25,132 nucleotides of DNA, taken from an uncultured Candidatus Saccharibacteria bacterium. GTDB taxonomy: Bacteria > Patescibacteriota > CPR2 > UBA1875 > CAIMLA01. Location of the stretch: positions 1-25,132 of the forward strand of contig CAZQGP010000121.1 in NCBI GenBank assembly GCA_964593075.1, given 5' to 3'. The notes beneath the pieces are model-generated. The model made no database searches. It was given only the letters and a program-made list of their open reading frames with translations, and had not been told where the DNA came from. The position numbers and the translations under genes are program-made. Shown one piece after another: positions 24,994 to 25,132 of this stretch; the first letter of the stretch is position 1; each line of letters opens with the position of its first letter.

Positions 24994-25132
24994 TGTCAAC
25001 GCAAAGTAGAAACTTCCGCTTTCTGCAAAGTAGAAACCGCCGGTTTTAGTTTTCTAATATTCTGATATTGTCTCCAGGGATGATTGAATGATGGTATAGA
25101 TGGTTTACGATCTGTGATTAGTCTTTCTGTTT
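24994..25132 (-). mobile_element. Right end (IRR and transposase 3' end) of an IS1202/ISNCY-like element, truncated by the window edge
   Basis: TGTCAAC-GCAAAGTAG (25001)-N15-GCAAAGTAG (25025). The 17-mer 25001-25017 is the exact reverse complement of 92-108. Confidence 0.82.
24996..25130 (-). CDS. C-terminus (partial) of probable IS1202/ISNCY transposase
   Basis: Translates TERLITDRKPSIPSFNHPWRQYQNIRKLKPAVSTLQKAEVSTLR*, with TGA inside the terminal TGACA. P-x3-HPWR is a C-terminal motif I recall in this transposase group. Confidence 0.7.
   Translation of the reverse strand, partial: TERLITDRKPSIPSFNHPWRQYQNIRKLKPAVSTLQKAEVSTLR

Noticed and set aside
1..25132. CRISPR array, rRNA, or alternative genetic code
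   Set aside because: No spaced repeats or rRNA signatures were seen. TGA acts as a stop (pheS) and conserved genes are uninterrupted in code 11.

Overview
AT-rich bacterial chromosomal segment, genetic code 11. Gene content suggests a Patescibacteria/CPR organism (inference). Order on the + strand: pyrG, SprT-like HExxH protein, MBL-fold hydrolase, tRNA-Pro(CGG), PAP2/Aur1-like membrane enzyme, rmuC. Next is a tightly coupled ~10.5 kb run (membrane protein, pheS, pheT, L,D-transpeptidase, small acidic protein, VirD4/TraD-like ATPase, two orphans), then gyrB-gyrA, three tiny ORFs with near-perfect SD sites surrounded by hairpins, and several orphan surface proteins. The main novelty candidate is PheT, which carries an in-frame ~165-aa NlpC/P60 papain-like domain with an intact Cys-His-His triad inserted inside its B5 domain, directly upstream of an L,D-transpeptidase gene. 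GyrA naturally has Leu and Asn at the positions equivalent to E. coli Ser83 and Asp87. Both window ends run about 140 bp into an IS1202/ISNCY-like element missed by the ORF track. The pyrG leader holds a candidate attenuator. All calls come from motif recognition by eye; no searches were run.
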